Source: an uncultured Nitrososphaerota archaeon (lineage in GTDB: Archaea; Thermoproteota; Methanomethylicia; Methanomethylicales; Methanomethylicaceae). Taken from it: DNA of 64,000 nt. A model generated the notes under the pieces. The model did not search any database. It was not told where the DNA came from and saw only the letters and a list, made by a program, of their open reading frames with translations. The stretch lies in the NCBI GenBank assembly GCA_964634735.1, contig CAZWMA010000001.1, forward strand, positions 73,350 to 137,349. The letters are read 5' to 3'. Made by a program: the position numbers and the translations under genes. Of this stretch, positions 21,088 through 29,980 are shown piece by piece. Every line of letters begins with the position of its first letter. Within the stretch, counting starts at the first letter, position 1.

Positions 21088-21531
21088 ATGGCAGGTTCAA
21101 AATCACCAAAGGGTCTGCTCGCAGGAAGGAAAATCTCTGAGAAACGAAAGTCCTTCCGATGGAGTCTGAGGCAGTTCAAGAGGAGAGCCCTCAAGCTCGA
21201 CGTAAAGGCGGACCCACTCGAAGGCGCACCGCAATCCAGGGGAATCGTCTTGGAGAAGGTGGGCGTGGAGAGCCGGCAGCCCAACTCAGCAGTCAGGAAG
21301 TGCGTCAGGATTCAGCTCATTAAGAACGGCAAACAGGTTACTGCCTTCCTCCCCGGTGACGGCGCGCTAAACTTCGTGGACGAGCACGACGAAGTCATCA
21401 TCGAAGGCATAGGCGGCCCTGGAGGCGGCTCAATGGGAGACCTTCCAGGAGTCAGGTGGAAAGTAGTCAAGATTAACGGGGTCTCTCTAAAGGCCCTGAT
21501 GACCGGTAAGAAACAGAAGCCAGTGAGGTAA
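21088..21531 (+). CDS. rps12: ribosomal protein S12 (uS12)
   Basis: [16 protein letters not shown]...[18 protein letters not shown]; start taken at Met 21088 within the ORF-track ORF 21079. Confidence 0.9.
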   Translation: MAGSKSPKGLLAGRKISEKRKSFRWSLRQFKRRALKLDVKADPLEGAPQSRGIVLEKVGVESRQPNSAVRKCVRIQLIKNGKQVTAFLPGDGALNFVDEHDEVIIEGIGGPGGGSMGDLPGVRWKVVKINGVSLKALMTGKKQKPVR

Positions 21532-21535
21532 TCAA

Positions 21536-22102
21536 ATGTCCGAGATTAAGATCTTCGGCAAGTGGGACACGACTAACATCGAGATCAAGGATATCGGCCT
21601 AAAGTCCGTCATTTCAATCACTCCTACTCTTTCTGCACATTCATGCGGCAGGCACGAGCACAAGCGTTTTGGCAAGACCAAGATCAACATAGTAGAGAGG
21701 CTGGCCAACAGGGTCATGCGCCACGGTGCGAACGGCGGCAAGAAGATGCTCGCCCTCAACGCAGTCGCCTCGACCTTCGAGATCATCAGCCTCAAGACGG
21801 GCGAGAACCCGCTTCAGGTCCTTGTAAGGGCGCTTGAGTACGCCGCTCCGCGCGAAGAGGTCACGAGGATCAGCTACGGCGGCGTTTCATACCCGCAGTC
21901 GGTTGATGCATCTCCACAGAGGAGAATCGACTTGGCGCTCAGGTTCATCACGGATGCGGCACGCACCTCCTCATTCAGCAGCAACAAGCCGTTCGAGGAG
22001 TGCCTTGCAGATGAGATAACACTTGCATCCGCGAAGGACAGCAAGAGCTACTCGGTCCAGAAACGCGAAGAGATCGAGCGCATAGCTATCTCCGCCAGAT
22101 AA
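21536..22102 (+). CDS. rps7: ribosomal protein S7 (uS7)
   Basis: 188 aa; the translation matches archaeal uS7 and follows S12. Confidence 0.9.
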   Translation: MSEIKIFGKWDTTNIEIKDIGLKSVISITPTLSAHSCGRHEHKRFGKTKINIVERLANRVMRHGANGGKKMLALNAVASTFEIISLKTGENPLQVLVRALEYAAPREEVTRISYGGVSYPQSVDASPQRRIDLALRFITDAARTSSFSSNKPFEECLADEITLASAKDSKSYSVQKREEIERIAISAR

Positions 22103-22220
22103 GCGCACTGGGAATGCGGGAAGTGGCTCCCGCCACAACAATTTTTCTTAATAAAAGTTTTTATATTACCTAAGATTTTTAACCTTCAACACAATTAGTA
22201 TCTTAGAGAGCTGATACCGA

Positions 22221-23531
22221 ATGTCATCTTCGAAGAAAGAACACTTGAATATGCTCGTTATGGGGCACGTAGACAACGGCAAGAGCACACTTGTAGGACA
22301 CTTGCTATTCCTCGCTGGCGGCCTTGATGACAGAACACTGGCTGCGCTAGAGGAGGAAGCGAAGCAGACCGGAAAGGAATTCGCAAAATACGCTTGGCTT
22401 GGTGACAAGCTGAAGGAAGAGAGAGAAAGAGACATGACAATTGACCTCTCCTTCTGGAAGTTCGAGACTCCAAAATACTTCTTCACAATCATCGACGCGC
22501 CAGGGCACAGGGACTTCGTCAAGAACATGATCACCGGCGCATCTCAGGCAGACGCCGCAATCCTTGTAATCTCCTGCAAGAAGGGAGAGTACGAGGCCGG
22601 CATGGGTCCGGGCGGCCAGACCAGGGAACACGCATTCCTTGCGAAGACCCTAGGCGTCAACCAGATAGTTGTAGCAGTCAACAAGATGGACGACCAGACC
22701 GTCAACTATGACCAGACAAGGTTCAATGAGGTCAAGGATGGCGTGCTGAAGTTCCTCAAGATGATCGGCTACGACATCAGCAAGATCATCGCAGTCCCGA
22801 TTTCAGGCTGGAAGGGCGACAACATCATCAAGCAGAGCAAGAACACTGCATGGTATAAGGGGCCAACCCTCTTTGAGGCAATGGACACCTTCATACCTCC
22901 AGAGAAGCCAATCAACAAGCCGCTCCGCGTTCCAGTGCAGGACGTCTACACAATTACAGGCGTCGGAACCGTCCCAGTAGGCAGGATAGAGACGGGCGTC
23001 ATGAAGAGAAATATGCAAGTAATCTTCATGCCTGCAAACAAGGGCGGGGAGCTCAAGGATATTGAGACCCACCACATGAAGATCGAACAGGCACTCCCGG
23101 GCGATAACGTCGGCTACAACGTCAAGGGCGTTGGCAAGACCGATGTGCACAGGGGAGATGTTTGCGGAGATACAGTCAAGCCGCCAACAGTTGCCGAGAC
23201 CTTCAAGGGCAGGATCTTCGTCCTTTACCACCCGACAGCAATCGCCGCTGGATACACTCCAGTGCTCCACGTCCACACAGCTACGGTAGCAACGACGTTC
23301 TTGGACCTCGAGAAGAAGATCGACCCCAAGACCGGTGCAGTCATTGAAGAGAAGCCAACATTCCTCAAGCAAGGCGACAGCGCAATCGTGACTTTCAAGC
23401 CAACAAAGCCGTTGGTCATCGAGCCATATACAGATCTAGCGCCATTGGGCAGGTTCGCCCTAAGAGATATGGGCCGCACAGTGGCTGCCGGTGTGTGCAT
23501 CGAGGTTAAGCCCGCTGTACTCACCAAGTAA
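22221..23531 (+). CDS. tuf: translation elongation factor 1-alpha
   Basis: 436 aa; [10 protein letters not shown]-loop, DAPGHRDF and NKMD GTPase motifs. Confidence 0.9.
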   Translation: MSSSKKEHLNMLVMGHVDNGKSTLVGHLLFLAGGLDDRTLAALEEEAKQTGKEFAKYAWLGDKLKEERERDMTIDLSFWKFETPKYFFTIIDAPGHRDFVKNMITGASQADAAILVISCKKGEYEAGMGPGGQTREHAFLAKTLGVNQIVVAVNKMDDQTVNYDQTRFNEVKDGVLKFLKMIGYDISKIIAVPISGWKGDNIIKQSKNTAWYKGPTLFEAMDTFIPPEKPINKPLRVPVQDVYTITGVGTVPVGRIETGVMKRNMQVIFMPANKGGELKDIETHHMKIEQALPGDNVGYNVKGVGKTDVHRGDVCGDTVKPPTVAETFKGRIFVLYHPTAIAAGYTPVLHVHTATVATTFLDLEKKIDPKTGAVIEEKPTFLKQGDSAIVTFKPTKPLVIEPYTDLAPLGRFALRDMGRTVAAGVCIEVKPAVLTK

Positions 23532-23554
23532 TCCCTTTTTTTTTGGTGTTTTTA

Positions 23555-23863
23555 ATGCCGCAAAAAGCTAGAATAATGCTAAGCAGCACCGACTTCCAAA
23601 AGCTGGAGGATGTGTGCACTCAAATAAGGAAGATAGCTGAGAAGACTGGCGTAAAGATTGCAGGTCCGGTCCCGCTCCCAACCAAGAAACTTCTAGTCCC
23701 GACACTGAAGTCTCCGGCTGGTGAGGGTACCAAGACTTGGGATAAGTGGGAGATGAGGATCCACAAGCGCCTTATCGATGTAGATGCGGACGACAGGACC
23801 ATGCGCCAGATGATGCGCATACAAGTGCCTGACGACGTGTTCATCGAGATCGAGCTTGTTTAG
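23555..23863 (+). CDS. rps10: ribosomal protein S10 (uS10)
   Basis: [21 protein letters not shown]...; start at Met 23555 within ORF 23543. Confidence 0.85.
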   Translation: MPQKARIMLSSTDFQKLEDVCTQIRKIAEKTGVKIAGPVPLPTKKLLVPTLKSPAGEGTKTWDKWEMRIHKRLIDVDADDRTMRQMMRIQVPDDVFIEIELV

Positions 23864-24072
23864 AACTATGTAGGTCTTTTTCAAGCCTACCTAACCTTGT
23901 CTTCTGACTGTCAGCTTTGCGCGCTGTTATCTTTCTTCCCCCCATTTTAACGGATTTCATCTTCTCATCAGCGCATGGCTTTGTAAAACTTGCAATGCTG
24001 CTATGCCATCATGAAAATGGCTAATGCTGCGCAGTGGGTTCAATGTTAGTAATTGATTGCGCTTCTTCCCGC

Positions 24073-25281
24073 TCAGGGTGCCTCAGCCGGAAAACGGACC
24101 GTGAATTTGGCGCCCTTTCCAAGCGTTGACGCCACCTCGATAGTGCCGCCATGGGCCTCGACAAGCCTCCGGCTGACCGCCAGACCGAATCCTTGGCCTT
24201 TCGCCTTCGTAGTGAAGAGTGGCTTGAAGACGTTCTTCAGGTTCTCCTCGGAGATCCCAATCCCTGTGTCTTCTATGGATACCTCCGCCATCTCCTCTGC
24301 CTTGATAGCCTTCACCTTGAGGCTCCCGCCATCCGGCATTGCTTGCACGGCATTGGTTATCAGATTCGTGAAGACCCTCCTGGCCAGCAGCGTATCGACA
24401 TGCAGCTCCAGCCCATCCCAAACTTCCAGATTGATGACTATCCCGGGCGACACACTGATGCTGCCGATCACATCGGTGAGCAGTGCCTTCGCATCGGTGC
24501 GGGTCTTCTCGACCTTCAGCGGTCTTGCAAAATCCTGCAGGTCCAGCACTATCTTGCTCATGTAATCGAGGTTCTTCTCCAGCCTTTTCACTATGGGGTA
24601 TACCCGCTTCTTAGCCTCCTCCATGCCCGAGACCTCGTCCTTGAGGAGGTACAGCGAATTGATCATCGCCTGCAAGGGGTTTCGAAGGTTGTGACCCACT
24701 ATCGTGGCAGTCTCGCCTATCGCGGCTAGCCTCTCCGCCTCCCTCAGCTGGGCAGTCCCCTCCTCGACGAGCGCCTCGAGCGTCTTCGAGTAGGCTTGAA
24801 GCTCCTCCTCCATCCTCCTGCGGTCCGTGATGTCGCTGAAGGTCTCGATTGCACCAATGATTCCACCATTCGCGTCTCGGAGCAGCGCAGCGTTCCCGAC
24901 GACGTACCTGTTGCGGCCCTTGACCGTTATGTACGACTCCGCAGTCATCGTGCCGTCCTCCCTGGCGAGATTGACGTACTTCTTCTCGGCGCGCGGTTCC
25001 CCGTTGAGAATAAGGTCGATCAGCACGGGGCACCTCTTGCCGTAGAAGTGGATGGCGTACTCGTGGTCGCCTTTCCCGACCATCTCGTCGCTTGGGACGC
25101 CGGTCAGCGACTCCATTGCCCTGTTCCAAGCCAGAACCTTCCCTGAACGGTCGATCACGAATGTTGGGTCGGGCAGGAAACTTATGATATTCTTAAGCAT
25201 CAGCTCGGGCTCTTCTGGGGGTCTTCGCTTCTTCCCCTGTTGTCCGGCACCGGGCGCAGCAGGCATCTCCTTCCCACTCAT
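24073..25281 (-). CDS. PAS-domain sensor histidine kinase
   Basis: 402 aa; PAS segments, HisKA region (EAERLAAIGETATIVGHNLRNPLQ) and HATPase_c motifs (IEDTGIGISEENL, GQGFGLAV). Confidence 0.8.
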   Translation of the reverse strand: MSGKEMPAAPGAGQQGKKRRPPEEPELMLKNIISFLPDPTFVIDRSGKVLAWNRAMESLTGVPSDEMVGKGDHEYAIHFYGKRCPVLIDLILNGEPRAEKKYVNLAREDGTMTAESYITVKGRNRYVVGNAALLRDANGGIIGAIETFSDITDRRRMEEELQAYSKTLEALVEEGTAQLREAERLAAIGETATIVGHNLRNPLQAMINSLYLLKDEVSGMEEAKKRVYPIVKRLEKNLDYMSKIVLDLQDFARPLKVEKTRTDAKALLTDVIGSISVSPGIVINLEVWDGLELHVDTLLARRVFTNLITNAVQAMPDGGSLKVKAIKAEEMAEVSIEDTGIGISEENLKNVFKPLFTTKAKGQGFGLAVSRRLVEAHGGTIEVASTLGKGAKFTVRFPAEAP

Positions 25282-25344
25282 CTTAATCGCAAGAACTTTG
25301 TCCTATCCCATTATTAATAACCTGCGAACCAGCCATAGATGATT

Positions 25345-25455
25345 TGGCGCCGAGGAAGGGATTCGAACCCTTGCTCCATTGAAATGGAACCGGCTTGCCT
25401 GTCCACTCTTTATAAGATCTCGAGGCCGGCGCCTTAACCGCTCAGCCACCTCGGC
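25345..25455 (-). tRNA. tRNA-Ser (CGA) with ~23-nt intron, CCA encoded
   Basis: Reverse complement GCCGAGG-UG-GCU-GAGCGGUUAA-GGC-G-CCGGC-CUCGAGA-[intron]-GCCGG, long variable arm UCCAU/AUGGA hairpin, T-arm AAGGG-UUCGAAU-CCCUU, acceptor CCUCGGC, G, CCA; mature length 88 nt. Confidence 0.8.
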
Positions 25456-25576
25456 GACTAGTGAAATATCGGCTAGGCAGTTTTTATCCTTAACGCTTCG
25501 GGCACGCTTCCCTTGTTCTGGTGCAGATTACGGAAAGGACAATAAACTTCTGCCCGCATATAATGCCCTGATTGAA

Positions 25577-26008
25577 ATGGTCTACGAGTACCTCGACCAC
25601 AAGTCGGATGTCTACGTCCACGTTACCTCTGCATCGATTAGCCGCGCCTTCGAGGATGCCGGGGCGGCAGCCTTCGATGTAATGCTCGACCAGGGCTCTG
25701 TGAGGTGCAAGAGGACAATCGACTTGGCGCTCGCGGCGAGCGACATCGAGCAGCTCCTCTACATGTGGGTCGACCGCCTCATCTATCACTTCGACGCGGA
25801 GAGCTTTGCACTGGCGAGGGCCGAAATCAAATCGCTCAGGCGCCGGAAGTCGGGCGGCTTTGCCCTCACGGCGAGGCTCCACGGGGAGGCGTTTGAGCCC
25901 AACGTTCATGGGCAGAAGGTGGGCGTCAAGGCCATGACCTATTCGCTGATGAAGGTTATGTGGGCTGGGGCAGGAAAAGCGGAGCTGTACTTCGTTCTGG
26001 ACATATGA
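25577..26008 (+). CDS. archease (RtcB activator)
   Basis: 143 aa from MVYEYLDHKSDVYVHV...AFDVMLD, typical archease N-terminal signature; immediately upstream of rtcB; the ORF-track 5' extension would overlap the tRNA. Confidence 0.8.
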   Translation: MVYEYLDHKSDVYVHVTSASISRAFEDAGAAAFDVMLDQGSVRCKRTIDLALAASDIEQLLYMWVDRLIYHFDAESFALARAEIKSLRRRKSGGFALTARLHGEAFEPNVHGQKVGVKAMTYSLMKVMWAGAGKAELYFVLDI

Positions 26009-26078
26009 CCCGCACACGTGCTCGGCAAATTGGAAACTTAATTACCCCGGCACACTATTCTAAACCAAGTGAACGCAT

Positions 26079-27560
26079 ATGGCAACGGGTGAAGATGCAA
26101 GCAGCTCGGTCAGGGGCATCCCGCTCAAGAAGCTTCAGGACTGCATTTGGGAGATCCCAAAGTCATTCAAGCCGGGCATGAACGTGCCGGGCAGGATATA
26201 CGCCGACAATGACCTGATTCAGAAGATGTCCGAGGACCTCACGCTCACGCAGTGCGCCAACGTCGCGCACCTGCCGGGGATACTGGACTATTCCATAGTG
26301 ATGCCCGACGGGCATCAAGGCTACGGATTTCCTATAGGCGGGGTCGCAGCATTCGATATGGAAAACGGAATAATTTCACCAGGCTCTGTCGGTTACGACA
26401 TAAACTGTGGCGTACGACTCCTGCTTTCTAATTTAGATGTTAATGATGTACGGCCTGCATTGCCAAAGTTGATTGACGCGATGTTCGACGCCGTCCCCTC
26501 AGGGTTGGGCAGCAAAGGCGGCATTCATCTATCAAATACTGAGCTCAACAATGTCATCGACCGAGGGGTTCCGTGGGCCATTGAGAAGGGATACGGCTAC
26601 GATGAGGACGCCCGGAGGTGCGAAGAGGGGGGAACAATGAAAGCCGCTGACCACAGCAAAGTCTCTGACCACGCAAAGGGCAGGGGCTCAAATCAGCTGG
26701 GCACCCTCGGGAGCGGCAACCACTTCCTGGAGGTCCAGGCTGTTGAGAAGATCTTCAACCAGCGCGCCGCCAAGGCTTTCGGCGTCGAGCACGAAGGCCA
26801 GGTAGTTGTCATGATCCACTCCGGATCAAGGGGTCTGGGGCACCAGGTCTGCAGCGATTACCTTCACGTGATGGAGCAGGCGGTAACGAAATATGGGCTG
26901 AAGATACCTGACAGGGAGCTCGCATGCGCCCCTGCGAACAGCCGCGAGGCGTTGGACTACTTCGCAGCCATGAGCGCAGCGTGCAACTACGCGTGGGTCA
27001 ATAGGCAATGCATCATGCATTGGACGCGTCAAGCCTTCCAGAAGACCTTCCTCACAGACCCAGAACGGCTCGGCATGCGCTTGGTCTATGACGTGGCCCA
27101 CAACCTCGCCAAGCGCGAGGAGCACCTTCACGAGGGTAAGCGGAAGACGCTCTACGTCCACCGCAAGGGCGCCACCAGGGCGTTCCCGGCGGGGAGGCCT
27201 GAGGTAACGCAGGAGTACCGCGAGATTGGGCAACCCGTGATAATCCCTGGCAGCATGGGCACTGCGTCCTACCTGCTTGTCGGCGGGCCGAGGTCGCTCG
27301 AGCTCAGCTGGGGATCCACCGCGCACGGCGCAGGCAGATTCCTCAGCCGCGAGGCAGCCATCAGGAAGTACTGGGGGAGCGACGTGAAGAAGGATCTCGA
27401 GAGCAGGGGCATACAGCTCCGTGCGGCCAACGTCAGGGTCATCGCAGAGGAGGCTCCGGGCGCCTACAAGGACGTTGATAGGGTCGCCGAAGTCTCCAAC
27501 AGGCTAGGGATAGCCACGTTTGTAGCAAGGCTCGTCCCGCTAGGGGTTACCAAAGGATGA
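26079..27560 (+). CDS. rtcB: RNA-splicing ligase RtcB (3'-phosphate/5'-hydroxyl nucleic acid ligase)
   Basis: 493 aa; MPDGHQGYGFPIGGVAAFD, NCGVRLL, GSGNHF and HSGSRGLGHQ metal/GTP-binding motifs. Confidence 0.9.
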   Translation: MATGEDASSSVRGIPLKKLQDCIWEIPKSFKPGMNVPGRIYADNDLIQKMSEDLTLTQCANVAHLPGILDYSIVMPDGHQGYGFPIGGVAAFDMENGIISPGSVGYDINCGVRLLLSNLDVNDVRPALPKLIDAMFDAVPSGLGSKGGIHLSNTELNNVIDRGVPWAIEKGYGYDEDARRCEEGGTMKAADHSKVSDHAKGRGSNQLGTLGSGNHFLEVQAVEKIFNQRAAKAFGVEHEGQVVVMIHSGSRGLGHQVCSDYLHVMEQAVTKYGLKIPDRELACAPANSREALDYFAAMSAACNYAWVNRQCIMHWTRQAFQKTFLTDPERLGMRLVYDVAHNLAKREEHLHEGKRKTLYVHRKGATRAFPAGRPEVTQEYREIGQPVIIPGSMGTASYLLVGGPRSLELSWGSTAHGAGRFLSREAAIRKYWGSDVKKDLESRGIQLRAANVRVIAEEAPGAYKDVDRVAEVSNRLGIATFVARLVPLGVTKG

Positions 27561-28234
27561 CGCCTTCCGCGCCAAAGGGGCACCCGCAGCCGCTCGTCTC
27601 GCGAGCCGGGAGGTACCTCGTAATCCACGAGGAGTCGTTCACCGGGATCGGCATATCCTCCAACGTCTACGTCACGGAGCAGGATGGCGGCTACTATATC
27701 TTCGACGCCAGCGGCCATCCGGATCTCCTCTCGTTCGTCGAGGCTACGGGGATATGCCGTGAATACATCGCGGGCATACTGCTCACCCACGGTCACTACG
27801 ACCACGTGATGGGGCTGAAGTCCTTCTCCGCGCTCGGCACGCCCGTCTTCATAAGCCGGAAGGATGCTAAACTCATGGAATCGACCGTAGGCAAGGTCAG
27901 CGCAAAAGGGCTTGAGAGCCCCGAGTGCGTGGCCGTCCTCGAGTCCCTCTCCCTGAAGGCAATCGCCACCCCCGGGCACACCCCGGGCAGCACGTGCTTC
28001 TACTCCGCCCAAGAGCGGCTTCTGATAAGCGGCGACACTGTATTCCCCGACGGGTACTTCGGCAGGACCGACCTCGCAGGTGGAAACGACGCCGAGATGA
28101 TCAAAAGCCTGGACTCGCTGGCGAAGCTCGACGTGGAGGCGATGCTCCCAGGGCACGATATGCCGGTCACGGGGTCTGCTTCAGTTTCGATAAAGGCGTC
28201 GCTCGCCAACGCGAGAGCCATGCTGAGCCCCTAA
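27557..28234 (+). CDS. MBL-fold metallo-hydrolase (glyoxalase II-like)
   Basis: 225 aa; THGHYDHVMG (HxHxDH) motif plus downstream His/Asp ligands; ATGA overlap with the rtcB stop. Confidence 0.75.
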   Translation: MTPSAPKGHPQPLVSRAGRYLVIHEESFTGIGISSNVYVTEQDGGYYIFDASGHPDLLSFVEATGICREYIAGILLTHGHYDHVMGLKSFSALGTPVFISRKDAKLMESTVGKVSAKGLESPECVAVLESLSLKAIATPGHTPGSTCFYSAQERLLISGDTVFPDGYFGRTDLAGGNDAEMIKSLDSLAKLDVEAMLPGHDMPVTGSASVSIKASLANARAMLSP

Positions 28235-28265
28235 ACCCCTTTTTCGAGGGCTCCTGCATTCCATA

Positions 28266-29198
28266 TCATGCCGCAGAAGCTGCCTGGAGAAGCCACGCCA
28301 TCGCGAGCGACAGGACCGGTGTCGCCAGCCACAGTGCCGCGAGCTGGATGGCAGTCTGCCTGTTGAGCGCCCCAGTTCCCTTCGCCAAGCCGCCGCCCGC
28401 CACGCCCCCTATTATCGCATGGCTTACCGAGACCGGTATCCCGCCCTGCGTGAACAAGTGCACAGCCAGTGCGGCGCTGATCTGCGAGGCGAAGGCTGTC
28501 GGAGGCCCGAGGTTCGACACCTTCTCGCCGACGGTCCTCGAAACCCTCTCCCCCATCAGAAAACCGCCCGCAGCCGCCGACGCCACTGCGATGATTATGG
28601 CGCCACTCCATCCGACGTCCTCCGCTATCACCCCTGCTATGAGCCCAAGCGTGTTCGCGCCGAAGCAGTATGCGGTGTAAAAGCCGGTCAATATCGTCAA
28701 GACGCCATAGATGAAGACCGTCCCGCCAACGCTGTTCATATTGTGCTGCACGAGCACTCTCGACAAGACCATGGATATTCCCGCCGCTAGGAAGGGCGTC
28801 ACAGCCCATGCGGCGAGCACGAGCGTTATCCCCGCCGCATTGAGCGGGATGCCAAGGAACAAGCCACACCCTATAGAAGCGCCAAATACCGCTTGGGTGA
28901 TCGGCAGGGGGAGCTTCAGTGCCGTTGCTATCAGTATCATCGATAAGGTGACCGCCAAGATCATCTCCAGCGATGAACTCGGCAGCTCCCCTGACAGCGC
29001 TCTCCCCTGTATGGCACCGGCGAGCTTTCCCCCCTCGAGGAGCGCGCCCGTGATCAGCCCTGCCACGAATATGAGTATCCCGATGCGGTATGATGTGAAC
29101 TTCGAACCTGCCACTGTCCCAGCCGAGTTTCCGGCGTTGTTCGCGCCCGTCATCCCAAGCGTTAGGACAGTCAGGATTACCAGAATAATCGAGAACAA
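28266..29198 (-). CDS. inorganic phosphate transporter, PiT family
   Basis: 310 aa polytopic membrane protein with PiT-family repeated GANDVAN-like motif (GANNAGNSAGTVAGS) near the N-terminus. Confidence 0.8.
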   Translation of the reverse strand: MFSIILVILTVLTLGMTGANNAGNSAGTVAGSKFTSYRIGILIFVAGLITGALLEGGKLAGAIQGRALSGELPSSSLEMILAVTLSMILIATALKLPLPITQAVFGASIGCGLFLGIPLNAAGITLVLAAWAVTPFLAAGISMVLSRVLVQHNMNSVGGTVFIYGVLTILTGFYTAYCFGANTLGLIAGVIAEDVGWSGAIIIAVASAAAGGFLMGERVSRTVGEKVSNLGPPTAFASQISAALAVHLFTQGGIPVSVSHAIIGGVAGGGLAKGTGALNRQTAIQLAALWLATPVLSLAMAWLLQAASAA

Positions 29199-29258
29199 CG
29201 CAACACCCCCCTACAGGCTCTATGAGAACTTTGGCTGCTGTCTAAAAAAAGCATGCCC

Positions 29259-29930
29259 TCAAGAACCTGACTTGATTATCATCGCGGTCAGCACATCCGA
29301 TGCCTCCTCTGCCGAGTCTGCGACCATATCGAGCATGAATATGAAGTCCCTGAACTGGAGGTAGGTCAGCGTGGAGAGCCTCGGCTCGTTCTTTGTGAGG
29401 TGCTTTATCAGCTCCATCTTCTGCTCGTCGAGCATCTCCTCCATCTTCTCCACCTCATGGGCCCCCTTCAACGCACCTTTCGCATTGGCGTTGACCATCG
29501 CGATGGAATCCTCGAGGCGCTTTACCGTCTCGAAGATCCCTGAGACCATCTTGGTGATATCCATGTTGCACTCGAAGAGCACGTCGAGCTCCTCTTTCGA
29601 GGGCTCCCTAGTTGCGAGTATCCTTGCGGCATCCTTCGACTTGTCCGCTATCTTATCCACCGCTTCGGAGAGCCTGAGGAAGTCCTCCTTCAAGCCCACG
29701 AAGACAGTGCCGCTGTAGAGCCCCAGCTCGACCTTCCTCTTGACGTCGTCAGCCTCGCGCTCGGTCATCGCTATCTTCTCGGAGACAGCGCTTACGATAG
29801 TCCAGTTCCTCCCCTTGCACCCTTCAATGAGCTCGTTGAGCAGGCGTGTGGACTCGAGCACAAGCCTAAGGTGCTGCGCCAGCTTCTCGTCCACCCCCCT
29901 TAGGGGGTAGCATGACAGCTTCCTCCACAT
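29259..29930 (-). CDS. PhoU-like / DUF47 phosphate-transport regulator
   Basis: 223 aa helical protein of the type normally paired with PiT transporters (TIGR00153-like); start uncertain. Confidence 0.65.
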   Translation of the reverse strand: MWRKLSCYPLRGVDEKLAQHLRLVLESTRLLNELIEGCKGRNWTIVSAVSEKIAMTEREADDVKRKVELGLYSGTVFVGLKEDFLRLSEAVDKIADKSKDAARILATREPSKEELDVLFECNMDITKMVSGIFETVKRLEDSIAMVNANAKGALKGAHEVEKMEEMLDEQKMELIKHLTKNEPRLSTLTYLQFRDFIFMLDMVADSAEEASDVLTAMIIKSGS

Positions 29931-29980
29931 GGGTCATCTCATCTCCACTTGATGCCTTTGCCTGCCTCTTCCTGCCTGGC

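Noticed and set aside
25379-25576. ORF-track N-terminal extension of archease
   Set aside because: It would run through the minus-strand tRNA-Ser gene; archease homology starts at the Met at 25577.
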